A stretch of 64,000 nucleotides of DNA from Candidatus Gottesmanbacteria bacterium. Lineage in GTDB: Bacteria; Patescibacteriota; Microgenomatia; UBA10105; UBA927. The first letter of the stretch is position 1, and each line of letters starts with the position of its first letter. The stretch spans positions 11,878 through 75,877 of the forward strand of contig CAWEKC010000005.1 in assembly GCA_963809665.1 (NCBI GenBank), in the 5' to 3' direction. This document shows, piece by piece, positions 1-9,081 of the stretch. The notes under the pieces are model-generated. The model was given only the letters and a program-made list of their open reading frames with translations. It was not told the origin of the DNA and ran no database searches. The position numbers and the translations under genes are program-made.

Positions 1-517
1 CCAGCCGTAAGAAACAATACATAAATATGACCAACATGCTCATGAGCGGTATATCTTTGGCATCAGCACGCATTTGACCGATAATAGTCGGATAAAAAGC
101 AAAAAGGAGCGTGGTGGCTGCCGCAATAGGTACTACAAGACCTACTTCAATGGCCACACCGTAAAAAGCCGCGACTCCGAAACTTGCCAATAATACTTCG
201 CCCATATGGTGCGCATCAATAACCGGCAACAAATGCAGATGTTCGGCAAATATCCACGAAAACCCCGATGCTACGACAAACGGAAACGGCGGGTACACAT
301 CTTCGCCGAAGAGGTAAAAAAACGGGCTGTCGGTAAACAACGTTTTGCTTTTGAAATCATTAAGATATGCACGGTTTCCGGTAAGCCAAAATTTGATATT
401 CGCCCGTCCGAAGAAAAAACTCGACGGCTCATCCCACGTAAGCCCCGCGCCGTGGATCAGCATAAGCTGGACGCCGAATACAATGATTGCCAAAAATATT
501 CCTATATACTTCTTCAT
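1..517 (-). CDS. GT-C family glycosyltransferase (family 39 / ArnT-PMT-like), N-terminal part; gene continues beyond window start
   Basis: Manual minus-strand translation from ATG at 517..515 gives an uninterrupted membrane protein (MKKYIGIFLAIIVFGVQLMLIHGAGLTWDEPSSFFFGRANIKFWL...) with a WDE motif in the first loop like the two downstream paralogues. Its start overlaps the stop of the next gene in ATGA fashion. It is not in the ORF track because it is truncated by the window edge. Confidence 0.5.
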   Translation of the reverse strand, partial: MKKYIGIFLAIIVFGVQLMLIHGAGLTWDEPSSFFFGRANIKFWLTGNRAYLNDFKSKTLFTDSPFFYLFGEDVYPPFPFVVASGFSWIFAEHLHLLPVIDAHHMGEVLLASFGVAAFYGVAIEVGLVVPIAAATTLLFAFYPTIIGQMRADAKDIPLMSMLVIFMYCFLRL

Positions 518-2103
518 TGATTCCTCTTCCACAATCTACTGCCCCATCCCGGAACCGGAGTAAAATGCGATTTAATATACGCAACGTTTTCCGGCAAAAG
601 ATGTACAAGTCTCTCTGTACCTCCGTCATACAGATAATCGGCAGGGTGAGCGGATAAATACGTTGCTAAAGAGGGCGGCCCGTGAGAAATATTTGGCACA
701 AAATCATCAAGCGACACACAGCACATTGGATATCCGTCTGACCAAAATACCATTTTACCTTCCAGATCAACGACGCGGGCTGACAATGGCACGGTAACCA
801 CTAATCGGTCGAATTCTGCGCGCTGATCGGCATTTGTTGACAAAATCTTCGGAGCATTAACAGACTGGGTTACCGTGACAAGGACATATCCCAATCCAAC
901 CAACGCAATTGCAAGAGATTGATATCCGCCGACATGGGCAAGCCGGTCAAAAAAAAGAGATATACCATCAGCTGCATAATACGCCACAAATACAGCAGTC
1001 GGAATGAGATACTGGCTATACCTAACCGGAGAAAACTTTAGATATACAATACTAAGCAGTATAAACGTCAGTGCCAAAAGCAGTTCAATTTGCATTTTTT
1101 CCCTATTTCCCTGAGCCTTTACATACGGTGTAACCACGCGATATGCAGCAACGACAAATGCAAGTATCCATATCGCATGATTCACAAGTAACCCTGCTGA
1201 AATTGTACGACCGTCACCGCCGTAGAAGAAAGCGTTCGGGTAGAAAAATAAAAATGGCGCCAGATATTGCCCCCCCTGATAATACTTAGAGATTTCAAAC
1301 GGCATATTCACCACCGAGTACCATGTTACCTGCAGAGTCCCGGTTAGCACAGCCCAACCGAAAAATCCACATAGTACAATCAATATTCCTCCGCTCACGG
1401 CTTCCAGACCCGCCCAGGCAATCTTTTTTCGTTGCAGGCTGAACGACTGAATACTCACCATTGCCGCAACTGCCCACCCGACAAAAACAAGTGGCGCCAG
1501 TTTAATAAGAAATACCAACGATATTCCATACAATACTCCGCTCGTGAACCATACACGCATCGCGTGTATCTTTCTAATAGCGATCACTTCAGTAAGCAAG
1601 CCTGCGCATGCAAAAAGCATGGCTAGTATATCCGGCCTAACTTCCAAAAACTTGTCATACGGCATGGGCAGGAATGCAAGAATAATGACAGGAAGCAGGG
1701 CCCAACGCCACGACCGCGTATACCCAAAGAGAAACCAGAGAACACCGAGAAGTGCGAGAAATATGCCGAATGATAGCTCCCGCGCCGCGATAAATATCTG
1801 AAATGAAATGCCGTAAACCCAAATCAGCGGTGCTAATACCCACATAAATCCGGGTGAAAAGTACGTAATAAAATCAATGTATGGACGCTCCCCACGGGCA
1901 ACCTGTGCGGCCAAATGCAGGTGCAAAAATTCATCAATGTCGAAATACCTCATCTGGCCTACCTGCCAACGCCAAAATACAAGATATGCAAGAATTCCGG
2001 CAAGAAACAAGATAATAATAGTCTTCCATACATGTTTTTTTCCACCAAGATACGGCAGAAGAAAATTTTTTTGTTTTTGAACATACCACGACATGATACT
2101 CAT
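514..2103 (-). CDS. GT-C family glycosyltransferase (ArnT / PMT_2 / family 39-like polyprenyl-phosphate-sugar-dependent transferase)
   Basis: 529-aa polytopic membrane protein. The first extracytoplasmic loop carries the RYFDIDEF (DE) motif typical of ArnT/PMT GT-C enzymes. It has a soluble C-terminal domain and is a tandem paralogue of 2100..3650, with a 4-nt ATGA overlap with the upstream gene. Confidence 0.7.
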   Translation of the reverse strand: MSIMSWYVQKQKNFLLPYLGGKKHVWKTIIILFLAGILAYLVFWRWQVGQMRYFDIDEFLHLHLAAQVARGERPYIDFITYFSPGFMWVLAPLIWVYGISFQIFIAARELSFGIFLALLGVLWFLFGYTRSWRWALLPVIILAFLPMPYDKFLEVRPDILAMLFACAGLLTEVIAIRKIHAMRVWFTSGVLYGISLVFLIKLAPLVFVGWAVAAMVSIQSFSLQRKKIAWAGLEAVSGGILIVLCGFFGWAVLTGTLQVTWYSVVNMPFEISKYYQGGQYLAPFLFFYPNAFFYGGDGRTISAGLLVNHAIWILAFVVAAYRVVTPYVKAQGNREKMQIELLLALTFILLSIVYLKFSPVRYSQYLIPTAVFVAYYAADGISLFFDRLAHVGGYQSLAIALVGLGYVLVTVTQSVNAPKILSTNADQRAEFDRLVVTVPLSARVVDLEGKMVFWSDGYPMCCVSLDDFVPNISHGPPSLATYLSAHPADYLYDGGTERLVHLLPENVAYIKSHFTPVPGWGSRLWKRNQ

Positions 2104-3650
2104 AGTCTTTTTAATAATCTCCCCCCAAATCCCGGAACCGGCGTATAATGTGTGCTGATATACCTGCTGTCTTGGGCTGTGAATGCGGCAAGTCTATTGC
2201 TGTCTCCGTCATAAATATAATCTGCAGGGTGTTTGTCAATGTACTGTGCGAGCGGCAACGGCGGACGGCTCACAAAGGATAAAAATGAACCAAAATCAAA
2301 ACTGGAAATTGGGTATCCATCCCGCCAAAATACCATCCTCCCCTCAAGGTCCACAACGCGCGCGCTCAAGGGAACAGTCCGTAGAAGCGTGGTTAACTCC
2401 GCCATCTGCGATCTGTTCGTGTCCAGTAATTTCGGTCCATTCACGTCTTTATTCACCACGATCAATAGATACGCAAAACCGAGGAGTACGAGCACCAGCG
2501 ATAGATATCCGCCGGCACGCTCAAGCCAGTCAAAAAAACCACTAAATACATCCGCCGCATAGTATGCGACGAATACGGCAATCGGGATGAGGTACTGCGT
2601 ATGCTTCCAGGGAAAAAATTTTACATACGCCGCAGCACTCACAAAAAATACGCCTGCCACAAGAAGTTCAACAAACGTCTCGTTTTTTTTACCTGCCCTT
2701 ATTGGTGTCACCAGCCGATACGCGCCGCCAATTAATCCCACGATCCACATTGTGTGGTTGACAATAAGCCCAAGTGTTATCGTACGTCCGGTTCCCCCAT
2801 AAAAAAATGCGTTCGGGAAAAAAAACAGATCGGCTCCCATATAGTAATTAACTGTGCTTTTATATACTTCAAACGGCAGCTTCGTAAGCGAATACCATAC
2901 AACACTAAAGTGACCTTGAGCTGCCGCACCGAGGAAAAATAGTACCCACGGACCCGTAAGTCCAAGAAAAAACATAAGTATCTTAGGTAACCTAGGTAAC
3001 TTAGAATAAAAAGCCGATAAAACAGCAATTCCTGCCCCCACTGCTACAATCGGTACTGTTTTGGCAAGTACAAACAATGACGCGCTGTATACGAGTCCCG
3101 ACACGAACCATATCCAGTTTTTCTTTTCCCGAATCGCTATAATCTCCCCTACCACACCTAGTATTGCCAACAATGTCGCCAGATTATCAGGCCGAATCTC
3201 TAAAAATTTATCATACGGCATCGGCAAAAAAGCTAATAAAACAACCGGAAGTACTGCCCACTTCCAGCCTCGTGTTATGCCAAATAAATAACCTAAACTC
3301 GCTAATATCCCTAAAAATATGACAAAGGAAACAGTACGGGCCGCCGTAAAGACCTGAACGCTCACCCCATAAATCCAAAATATCGGTGCAAATACCCACA
3401 TAAATCCGGGCGTAAAGTACGAGAAAAAATCCGTGTACATATGCTCTCCCCGTGCCACCTGTGCCGTCCAATGCATATAGGAAAATTCATCAACATCAAA
3501 AAATCGCATGGCGCTGACACGAAACCGCCACACGAGAAGAAACAGGAGAAGTATGATAAGAATGATGTACGATACCTTCCTCATGAGATTCATTGTACTA
3601 TAGAGGTAATCATACGGTCTATTTCTTTTTTCTTTCACCACCTCGCTCAA
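2100..3650 (-). CDS. GT-C family glycosyltransferase (ArnT / PMT_2-like), tandem paralogue
   Basis: 516-aa membrane protein with RFFDVDEF motif and a conserved C-terminus (ARVVDLEG.MVFW.DGYP) shared with 514..2103. Its stop overlaps the next gene's start. Confidence 0.7.
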   Translation of the reverse strand: MSEVVKEKRNRPYDYLYSTMNLMRKVSYIILIILLLFLLVWRFRVSAMRFFDVDEFSYMHWTAQVARGEHMYTDFFSYFTPGFMWVFAPIFWIYGVSVQVFTAARTVSFVIFLGILASLGYLFGITRGWKWAVLPVVLLAFLPMPYDKFLEIRPDNLATLLAILGVVGEIIAIREKKNWIWFVSGLVYSASLFVLAKTVPIVAVGAGIAVLSAFYSKLPRLPKILMFFLGLTGPWVLFFLGAAAQGHFSVVWYSLTKLPFEVYKSTVNYYMGADLFFFPNAFFYGGTGRTITLGLIVNHTMWIVGLIGGAYRLVTPIRAGKKNETFVELLVAGVFFVSAAAYVKFFPWKHTQYLIPIAVFVAYYAADVFSGFFDWLERAGGYLSLVLVLLGFAYLLIVVNKDVNGPKLLDTNRSQMAELTTLLRTVPLSARVVDLEGRMVFWRDGYPISSFDFGSFLSFVSRPPLPLAQYIDKHPADYIYDGDSNRLAAFTAQDSRYISTHYTPVPGFGGRLLKRL

Positions 3651-3710
3651 AGAAAAAGCGGACGTAACCGTCTAAACATGTAATAATGGCATGGTCCATA
3701 TCTTCAAATA

Positions 3711-4487
3711 TTATCCTGCCGGCGGTGTCATGAAAGGATCTTTTCTCCCTACTGTGAGTTCATCACATGAAATAATTTCTTTCCTGTGAAATACCGGAAG
3801 TTGATATGGTTTAAAGATCAATGATCGCACATAATTGACTACTGAGCGCGTAGGGAGACGAAATTCGGTGATGTTCCGATTCCGAAAATCAACGGAGGAC
3901 CGTGAATAATAACTCGCTCCTTTCTTTGTTTGCCGATGCGCGCGTATCCTTCTGCCGGAAAGAAGCCTACGGATGTTTTTTTTAAATAATTCGAAGCCAT
4001 AGGACTGATAGAGCTGATAGATATCCCGGCTCGTCATAAATGACGTGATCTTAAACTGTATTTGGTCAATAATCGGCCCGGCATCAATCCGGGGAGAAAT
4101 CACATGGAGGGTCACACCTGTTTTCGCTTCTCCATTACGAAGAGGCCAAACACTCGTTAAACAACCGCGGTAGCTTGGGAGTGCAGAAAAGTGAATATTG
4201 TATGCTCGCCACGTTCCAACTTCATGAGTCCGTATGATCCTATCATATTCTAGTGAAAGAATGATACCATGTGGCGTCGTACGTCCCTCTTTTAAATTTC
4301 CAATAATACGTATACCAAGCTTTTGTGCGCACTTCACAAGCGATGGTTGCCATGTATCCATACCCGTATCTTCCTTATTGGGCAACACAGACATCTCTAT
4401 CGGACCGGAAACTTTTTGCAGATCCCGCAGATATTGCAATGCCGAACATGCGATGGAATTTTTACCGCAAAGGATTATGTTGGACAT
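3711..4487 (-). CDS. sugar N-formyltransferase (formyl_trans_N family, ArnA/FdtF/WlaRD-like)
   Basis: Formyltransferase catalytic motif YNIHFSALPSYRG...TGVTLHVISPRIDAGPII (SLLP/HxSLLPxxRG type). The start is chosen at MSNIILCG; the track ORF extends to 4532. Divergently arranged with the FdtA-like gene. Confidence 0.7.
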   Translation of the reverse strand: MSNIILCGKNSIACSALQYLRDLQKVSGPIEMSVLPNKEDTGMDTWQPSLVKCAQKLGIRIIGNLKEGRTTPHGIILSLEYDRIIRTHEVGTWRAYNIHFSALPSYRGCLTSVWPLRNGEAKTGVTLHVISPRIDAGPIIDQIQFKITSFMTSRDIYQLYQSYGFELFKKNIRRLLSGRRIRAHRQTKKGASYYSRSSVDFRNRNITEFRLPTRSVVNYVRSLIFKPYQLPVFHRKEIISCDELTVGRKDPFMTPPAG

Positions 4488-4582
4488 CTTTTTGCTCGTA
4501 ATTGCCGGTAGTGTCTTTCTCAAGATGGCCATATCATAGCGTCATGGAGCAAACCTTACAACTATGTTACAATTGCCGCGAA

Positions 4583-4990
4583 ATGACTTCGCCAAAAAAA
4601 ATAGTTTTCAACAAACACGGAGCTCCTGTCATCGGGTATTTGACTGCGCCGACCGTGCGGGAAATTCCCTTCCATATCCGGCGCGTATTCTGGACATATT
4701 TTACGCCGGAACGCATTACCCGCGGACGGCATGCCCATAAAAAAACGTCCATTGTACTCGTTGCCGCCACCGGAAAAATAATCGTTACAACCGAAACACT
4801 TGACGGCAGGAAAAAAACATTTGTACTCGATAAACCCAATGTGGGCCTCCTTATACCGCCGATGGTCTGGCACATTCAGCGCTATTCCCATACCGCGATC
4901 CAACTAGCTCTTGCCTCCCGTCCGTTTGAGGAGATGGAGTATATTCGTAATTACCAAACGTTTAAAGCGTATAAAAAAAACAAAAAGTAG
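4583..4990 (+). CDS. WxcM/FdtA-like dTDP-4-keto-6-deoxyhexose 3,4-ketoisomerase (cupin)
   Basis: ~135 aa with the RGRHAHKK motif (RGxHAH of the FdtA/WxcM C-terminal domain family). The start is taken at the internal ATG 4583. The stop TAG at 4988-4990 lies 8 nt before the GT2 start. Confidence 0.6.
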   Translation: MTSPKKIVFNKHGAPVIGYLTAPTVREIPFHIRRVFWTYFTPERITRGRHAHKKTSIVLVAATGKIIVTTETLDGRKKTFVLDKPNVGLLIPPMVWHIQRYSHTAIQLALASRPFEEMEYIRNYQTFKAYKKNKK

Positions 4991-4997
4991 CACCACA

Positions 4998-5679
4998 ATG
5001 GAATCATTGACTTTTATTATCCCCGCCTACAATGACGAAACGACGATAGAAACGGTCATCGATAAAACCGCTGACGTTGGTAAAAAACTTCGGATTCCTT
5101 TTGATATTTTAGTTATTAATGATGCAAGCAGAGATTCTACAGGACACATTCTTAAAAAACTTGAGAGACGTTACGCACATCTGCGTGTCATTACCCATAC
5201 TAAAAATGCTGGCTACGGTCAAACAATCAAAGAATTGTATCAGAAAGCAACTCACACATGGCTCTTTTCGTTGCCGGGTGACTATCAAATTGACCCCCGC
5301 GAGTTTCTAAAGATTTGGCAGCGTCGCGGTGAAGCAGATATGATCATTGGATGGCGCCGTATACGGGCTGACAGCCCAGCAAGACTTTATCAATCACATA
5401 TATATAATAAACTTTTATCTTTCATATTTAGTCTTCCTATACACGACGTAAATTCCGTGCGACTCATGAAAACGTCGATTATAACTACCGTTCAATTGTC
5501 ATCATTATCTGCGTTTGTTGATGCGGAACTTGCTATTCAAGCCCGTAAAGCACGGATTTCACGTAACCGAGGTGCCCATTGCACACCGTGCACGCGCAGG
5601 AACGGGAGCCAGCGGCGGGAAACTCACAACTATATTACCAACCATAAAAGATATGATCGTGTTCTTTTTTCGGTTATGA
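4998..5679 (+). CDS. GT2 polyprenyl-phosphate glycosyltransferase (DPM1/ArnC-like), frameshifted in this assembly near 5550
   Basis: MESLTFIIPAYNDE...VINDASRD...NAGYG is a GT2 signature. After ELAIQARKA the track frame runs into an implausible R-rich peptide, whereas the -1 frame reads GFHVTEVPIAHRARAGTGASGGKLTTILPTIKDMIVFFFRL*, the expected GT2 C-terminus. One extra base around 5551-5555 separates the two frames. The stop TGA at 5677-5679 overlaps the aminotransferase ATG. Confidence 0.65.
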
Positions 5680-6752
5680 TTCCGATTTTTGATCTCACCC
5701 GTGAGTATAAAACCATCGCAGCAGAGCTGACTCTTTCGTTTACCCGCACGGCAAAAAGGGGTATGTTTATCCTCGGCCAAAACGTATCGGTCTTTGAAAA
5801 GGAATTTGCTGACTTTACCGGGGTTACATACGCCGTTGGCGTGGCAAGCGGTACCGATGCCCTTACGCTCGGACTCAGGGCGCTTGGTATTCAACATGGC
5901 GATGAAGTCATCCTACCTGCAAACGCCTACCCAACGGCATTCGGTGTCGCTCTTAGCGGCGCGCGCATACGTCTTGTTGACGTTAAAGGCGACGGCACGA
6001 TGGATCCGGTGCGTCTTGCTGATACCGTTTCCAACCGTACCCGCGTCGTTATCCCCGTCCACTTGTACGGCAACCCCGCCGATGTCGTTTCCCTGATAAA
6101 AATAGTCAAAAATAAAAAAATTGCTTTGGTTGAAGATGCCGCGCAGGCTCATGGAACTGATTCGGCGGGGTCGCTGGGCGATATTGGCTGTTTCAGCTTT
6201 TACCCGACGAAAAACCTCGGGGCACTCGGTGATGCCGGCATAGTGGTGACAAATAAAAAATACATTGCCGACCGCATCACGCGACTTCGCATGTACGGGG
6301 AAACCAAGCGGTATGAGAGTATTGAGGTCTCCGGCGTCAGCCGGCTGGACGAACTACAGGCGGCTTTTCTTCGTGTTAAACTACACCACTTAAATGCTTG
6401 GGTTACCCGCCGACGTGATATCGCAAAACAATACATTGAAGAATTACGCGGCACCGGTGATATTCAATTTGTCACAAATAATACCCGGGGTGCCTATCAT
6501 GTGTTTGTCATCCGCACAAAACACCGGAACGCCCTCCGACAGTATCTCGCTGTCCGCGGTATCGGAACTGCAATTCACTACCCCGCGCCTATTCATCTCG
6601 TTCGTGCATTCCGGGATCTGGGATACAAAAGCGGTGATTTTCCTGTATCCGAGTCGCTCTCGCGGGAAATCCTCTCCATCCCGATGTTTCCGAGGCTTAC
6701 TGACGGCGAAATTCTCCGGGTGGTCCGAACTGTCAAAAAATATTTTCAATAG
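5676..6752 (+). CDS. DegT/DnrJ/EryC1/StrS family PLP-dependent sugar aminotransferase (ArnB/FdtB-like)
   Basis: MIPIFDLTREYK... with the full DegT-family fold sequence (GVASGTDALTL, DAAQAHG, SFYPTKNLGALGDAG). The track fuses it to the upstream GT2 because of the frameshift. The true start ATG 5676 overlaps the GT2 stop (ATGA). Confidence 0.8.
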   Translation: MIPIFDLTREYKTIAAELTLSFTRTAKRGMFILGQNVSVFEKEFADFTGVTYAVGVASGTDALTLGLRALGIQHGDEVILPANAYPTAFGVALSGARIRLVDVKGDGTMDPVRLADTVSNRTRVVIPVHLYGNPADVVSLIKIVKNKKIALVEDAAQAHGTDSAGSLGDIGCFSFYPTKNLGALGDAGIVVTNKKYIADRITRLRMYGETKRYESIEVSGVSRLDELQAAFLRVKLHHLNAWVTRRRDIAKQYIEELRGTGDIQFVTNNTRGAYHVFVIRTKHRNALRQYLAVRGIGTAIHYPAPIHLVRAFRDLGYKSGDFPVSESLSREILSIPMFPRLTDGEILRVVRTVKKYFQ

Positions 6753-8414
6753 CTACCAGTGATACACGCGAAAAAGGCCGAGGTTGTAGATCTCTGTAAG
6801 AAACGGGTATGTCGTTGACAAATTCCCCAGTCCGCCGTCCGCCATTTCCTGCGGACCGAAAAATATATAGTGAAGATTATTGGCACCCAAAAACTCCTTC
6901 GCCTGCATTGGGCTCATGGTACCGGCGAAAAAATCCTTTACTACCATCTCTTTTTTCTCCGTATTGACCGTATTGGCGTGCCCCACATACACCGTGTTGC
7001 CGGAGATTACCGGCAGATAATTACCTGCCGTGGTTTCTGAAAGGATCACCGTATCGCGGCTCGTGTGGTCCTGGATAAATATCATCGTGGTAATATAATC
7101 TTTTAAAGGATACATCACATAACTTCCGGTCGGCACCAGTGGTTGGGTTGCGCTGATTTTCTGATCCAAAAATTCCTTTTGCCACCGCCACGAGGAATAC
7201 ATTTGTCCCAGACCCATGGTTACCAAAAGGACCGGGACAACGATAAACAGGTACCGGTACGGCTTAATACATACCCGATACAGCGAATAAAAAAGGTAAC
7301 ACGCAAGGAATCCCAATGGTACCTGCGGCATCATTTCCGTAAACCTCAGGGGCGATTCCTGCGGGATAAATTGAAATGCGATAATACATACAAACCATGC
7401 GATAGCCCAGGCAACGAAAATAAATAACCTGCGTTCACGCTTAATAAGCACCAATACCCCTCCGATTGCACCCAATAGAAGTATCGGTCCTACAGCCAAA
7501 AGATACTCCCTCAGGATAAACGGCGGCGGATGCAGTATGGAATAATCAATGAGCCGTTTCCACGGATATACTTTTACGATAAGGGAAAAATATAAAAGCG
7601 TCGGGGTGCTGATCGCGCCGGCAACCGCGGGTCCCGCAACGCGTTCAATTATCCATGACCGGATCTCGCGTCGCGCCAGCGGCAATCTGTACAAAAAATC
7701 AATGATGACAAATACCCCCCACGCGGCGAACACGAACCCGAGACCAGCAGGAAATACGATGCCCAGCATAAACGCCAAAAACCCAAGCATCACCCAATTC
7801 CCCGCTTTTCTCATGACTTCGCGCTGGGCCATCGCAATCAGAAGAAATACAATTATTGCTTGGCCTGCCAGCATATGCGGGACAAACGTAATCCGCTGTA
7901 ACGAATCCATGATGCTCCACCACGGCATGTACCCGCCGAACCGCCACTCATTCTGATGAAAGACAAGCATCGGCCAGGATGCGGCGGTAACGGCAAGTAA
8001 AAATGCCAATAGTTGCCATCTATAGCGGAATATTTCAAACGCCCATTTGGCGGCATACGCTATAAGAAATAAGAGTGCAGCAGCAAGAACTATCCGTGCC
8101 GCGTGATAGGTATCTCCGCTATTGGACCATGGCACGTCATACCATGCGGACACTTTTCCCATCAGGAGGTACAGTATCTGGACATAGGACCCCTTGTGAG
8201 GTTCGGACGTGTACTTTTCCGTTACCGAAATAGCCCCTTCCCTCCCCTCGCGTATCCGGGAAAGGTAAAAATTATAATCCGTGTAAAAATTATGGACGAG
8301 TTCAAACTGCCGGTTAGGGTGCAGATCACCTTGACGGGACAACTCGTAAAACATCGGCACGAGAGAAAACAGCAAGAAGAAAAAAACTAATAGTCCCCAA
8401 TATAATCGCCGCAT
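6753..8414 (-). CDS. large polytopic membrane protein, putative GT-C-type glycosyltransferase
   Basis: 553 aa with more than 10 predicted TM helices and a soluble C-terminal domain. It is convergent with the aminotransferase gene. The family is not recognised confidently. Confidence 0.45.
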   Translation of the reverse strand: MRRLYWGLLVFFFLLFSLVPMFYELSRQGDLHPNRQFELVHNFYTDYNFYLSRIREGREGAISVTEKYTSEPHKGSYVQILYLLMGKVSAWYDVPWSNSGDTYHAARIVLAAALLFLIAYAAKWAFEIFRYRWQLLAFLLAVTAASWPMLVFHQNEWRFGGYMPWWSIMDSLQRITFVPHMLAGQAIIVFLLIAMAQREVMRKAGNWVMLGFLAFMLGIVFPAGLGFVFAAWGVFVIIDFLYRLPLARREIRSWIIERVAGPAVAGAISTPTLLYFSLIVKVYPWKRLIDYSILHPPPFILREYLLAVGPILLLGAIGGVLVLIKRERRLFIFVAWAIAWFVCIIAFQFIPQESPLRFTEMMPQVPLGFLACYLFYSLYRVCIKPYRYLFIVVPVLLVTMGLGQMYSSWRWQKEFLDQKISATQPLVPTGSYVMYPLKDYITTMIFIQDHTSRDTVILSETTAGNYLPVISGNTVYVGHANTVNTEKKEMVVKDFFAGTMSPMQAKEFLGANNLHYIFFGPQEMADGGLGNLSTTYPFLTEIYNLGLFRVYHW

Positions 8415-8448
8415 ATGTCACCTATTCTACAAGTTTTTATGATACTAT

Positions 8449-9081
8449 GTGTGTGTGGAAAATGATATGTCTTCTTATAAAAAAGCTGCCGCAGTAGCTG
8501 TTGTGATTACCGTTATCGGCATTGTGTTGGTCATAATAAATTACCGTCAGATATCAGGGAGACAGGGTACTATCGTTATTCCGGCCGGGAATACGTACCT
8601 CGGGCCTACTCCCACACAGGCGCCCGGTACTGCAGCGTGGCAAACGGTAAAAGGACACATCTATCCCTATACCCTGAGTGTTCCGGGGACGATTACGCTT
8701 ACAACATTCCCCAACGACCCATACGACATGTACGCCCTCGGGGGCAACGACCCTTCTTCAAATGTCCTCATTGGCGTTGATGATCTTTCAAAAAATGCCG
8801 ATCGCAATGCGTATATCAATCAACCAAAAACCGTCTATATCAACCAATGGTGGAAACAATTCAGTGTGCTTACCGGCGTTAAACGTATCGACCCGTTTAC
8901 AAACAGCAAAGGGCTTAAGGGATATAAAGTAAAATTTCTTGCTACCGGCGGCGAGAGCCCGAGTCTGGATATTTTTTTTGAAGTCGCGGCAGCACCCCAA
9001 TATGTCATCCATTTAAGTAACGGTCAGTTGGACGCGGCCGTATTTGACAGGATTGTTGACAGTGTCGGGTGGGAGCAATAA
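8449..9081 (+). CDS. hypothetical membrane-anchored protein
   Basis: 210-aa ORF with one N-terminal TM helix (AAAVAVVITVIGIVLVII) and a secreted domain. Its TAA overlaps the next ATG by 1 nt (TAATG). Confidence 0.4.
   Translation: MCVENDMSSYKKAAAVAVVITVIGIVLVIINYRQISGRQGTIVIPAGNTYLGPTPTQAPGTAAWQTVKGHIYPYTLSVPGTITLTTFPNDPYDMYALGGNDPSSNVLIGVDDLSKNADRNAYINQPKTVYINQWWKQFSVLTGVKRIDPFTNSKGLKGYKVKFLATGGESPSLDIFFEVAAAPQYVIHLSNGQLDAAVFDRIVDSVGWEQ

Noticed and set aside
206-563. Plus-strand ORFs 206..520 and 345..563
   Set aside because: K/R-rich, non-protein-like translations. The minus strand here encodes a coherent multi-TM GT-C N-terminus in phase with the downstream paralogues.
4911-6752. Single 613-aa 'GT2-aminotransferase fusion protein' as given by the ORF track
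   Set aside because: The linker region is an implausible R-rich peptide. The -1 frame carries the canonical GT2 C-terminus and a stop overlapping the aminotransferase ATG. It is best explained as two genes joined by a frameshift.
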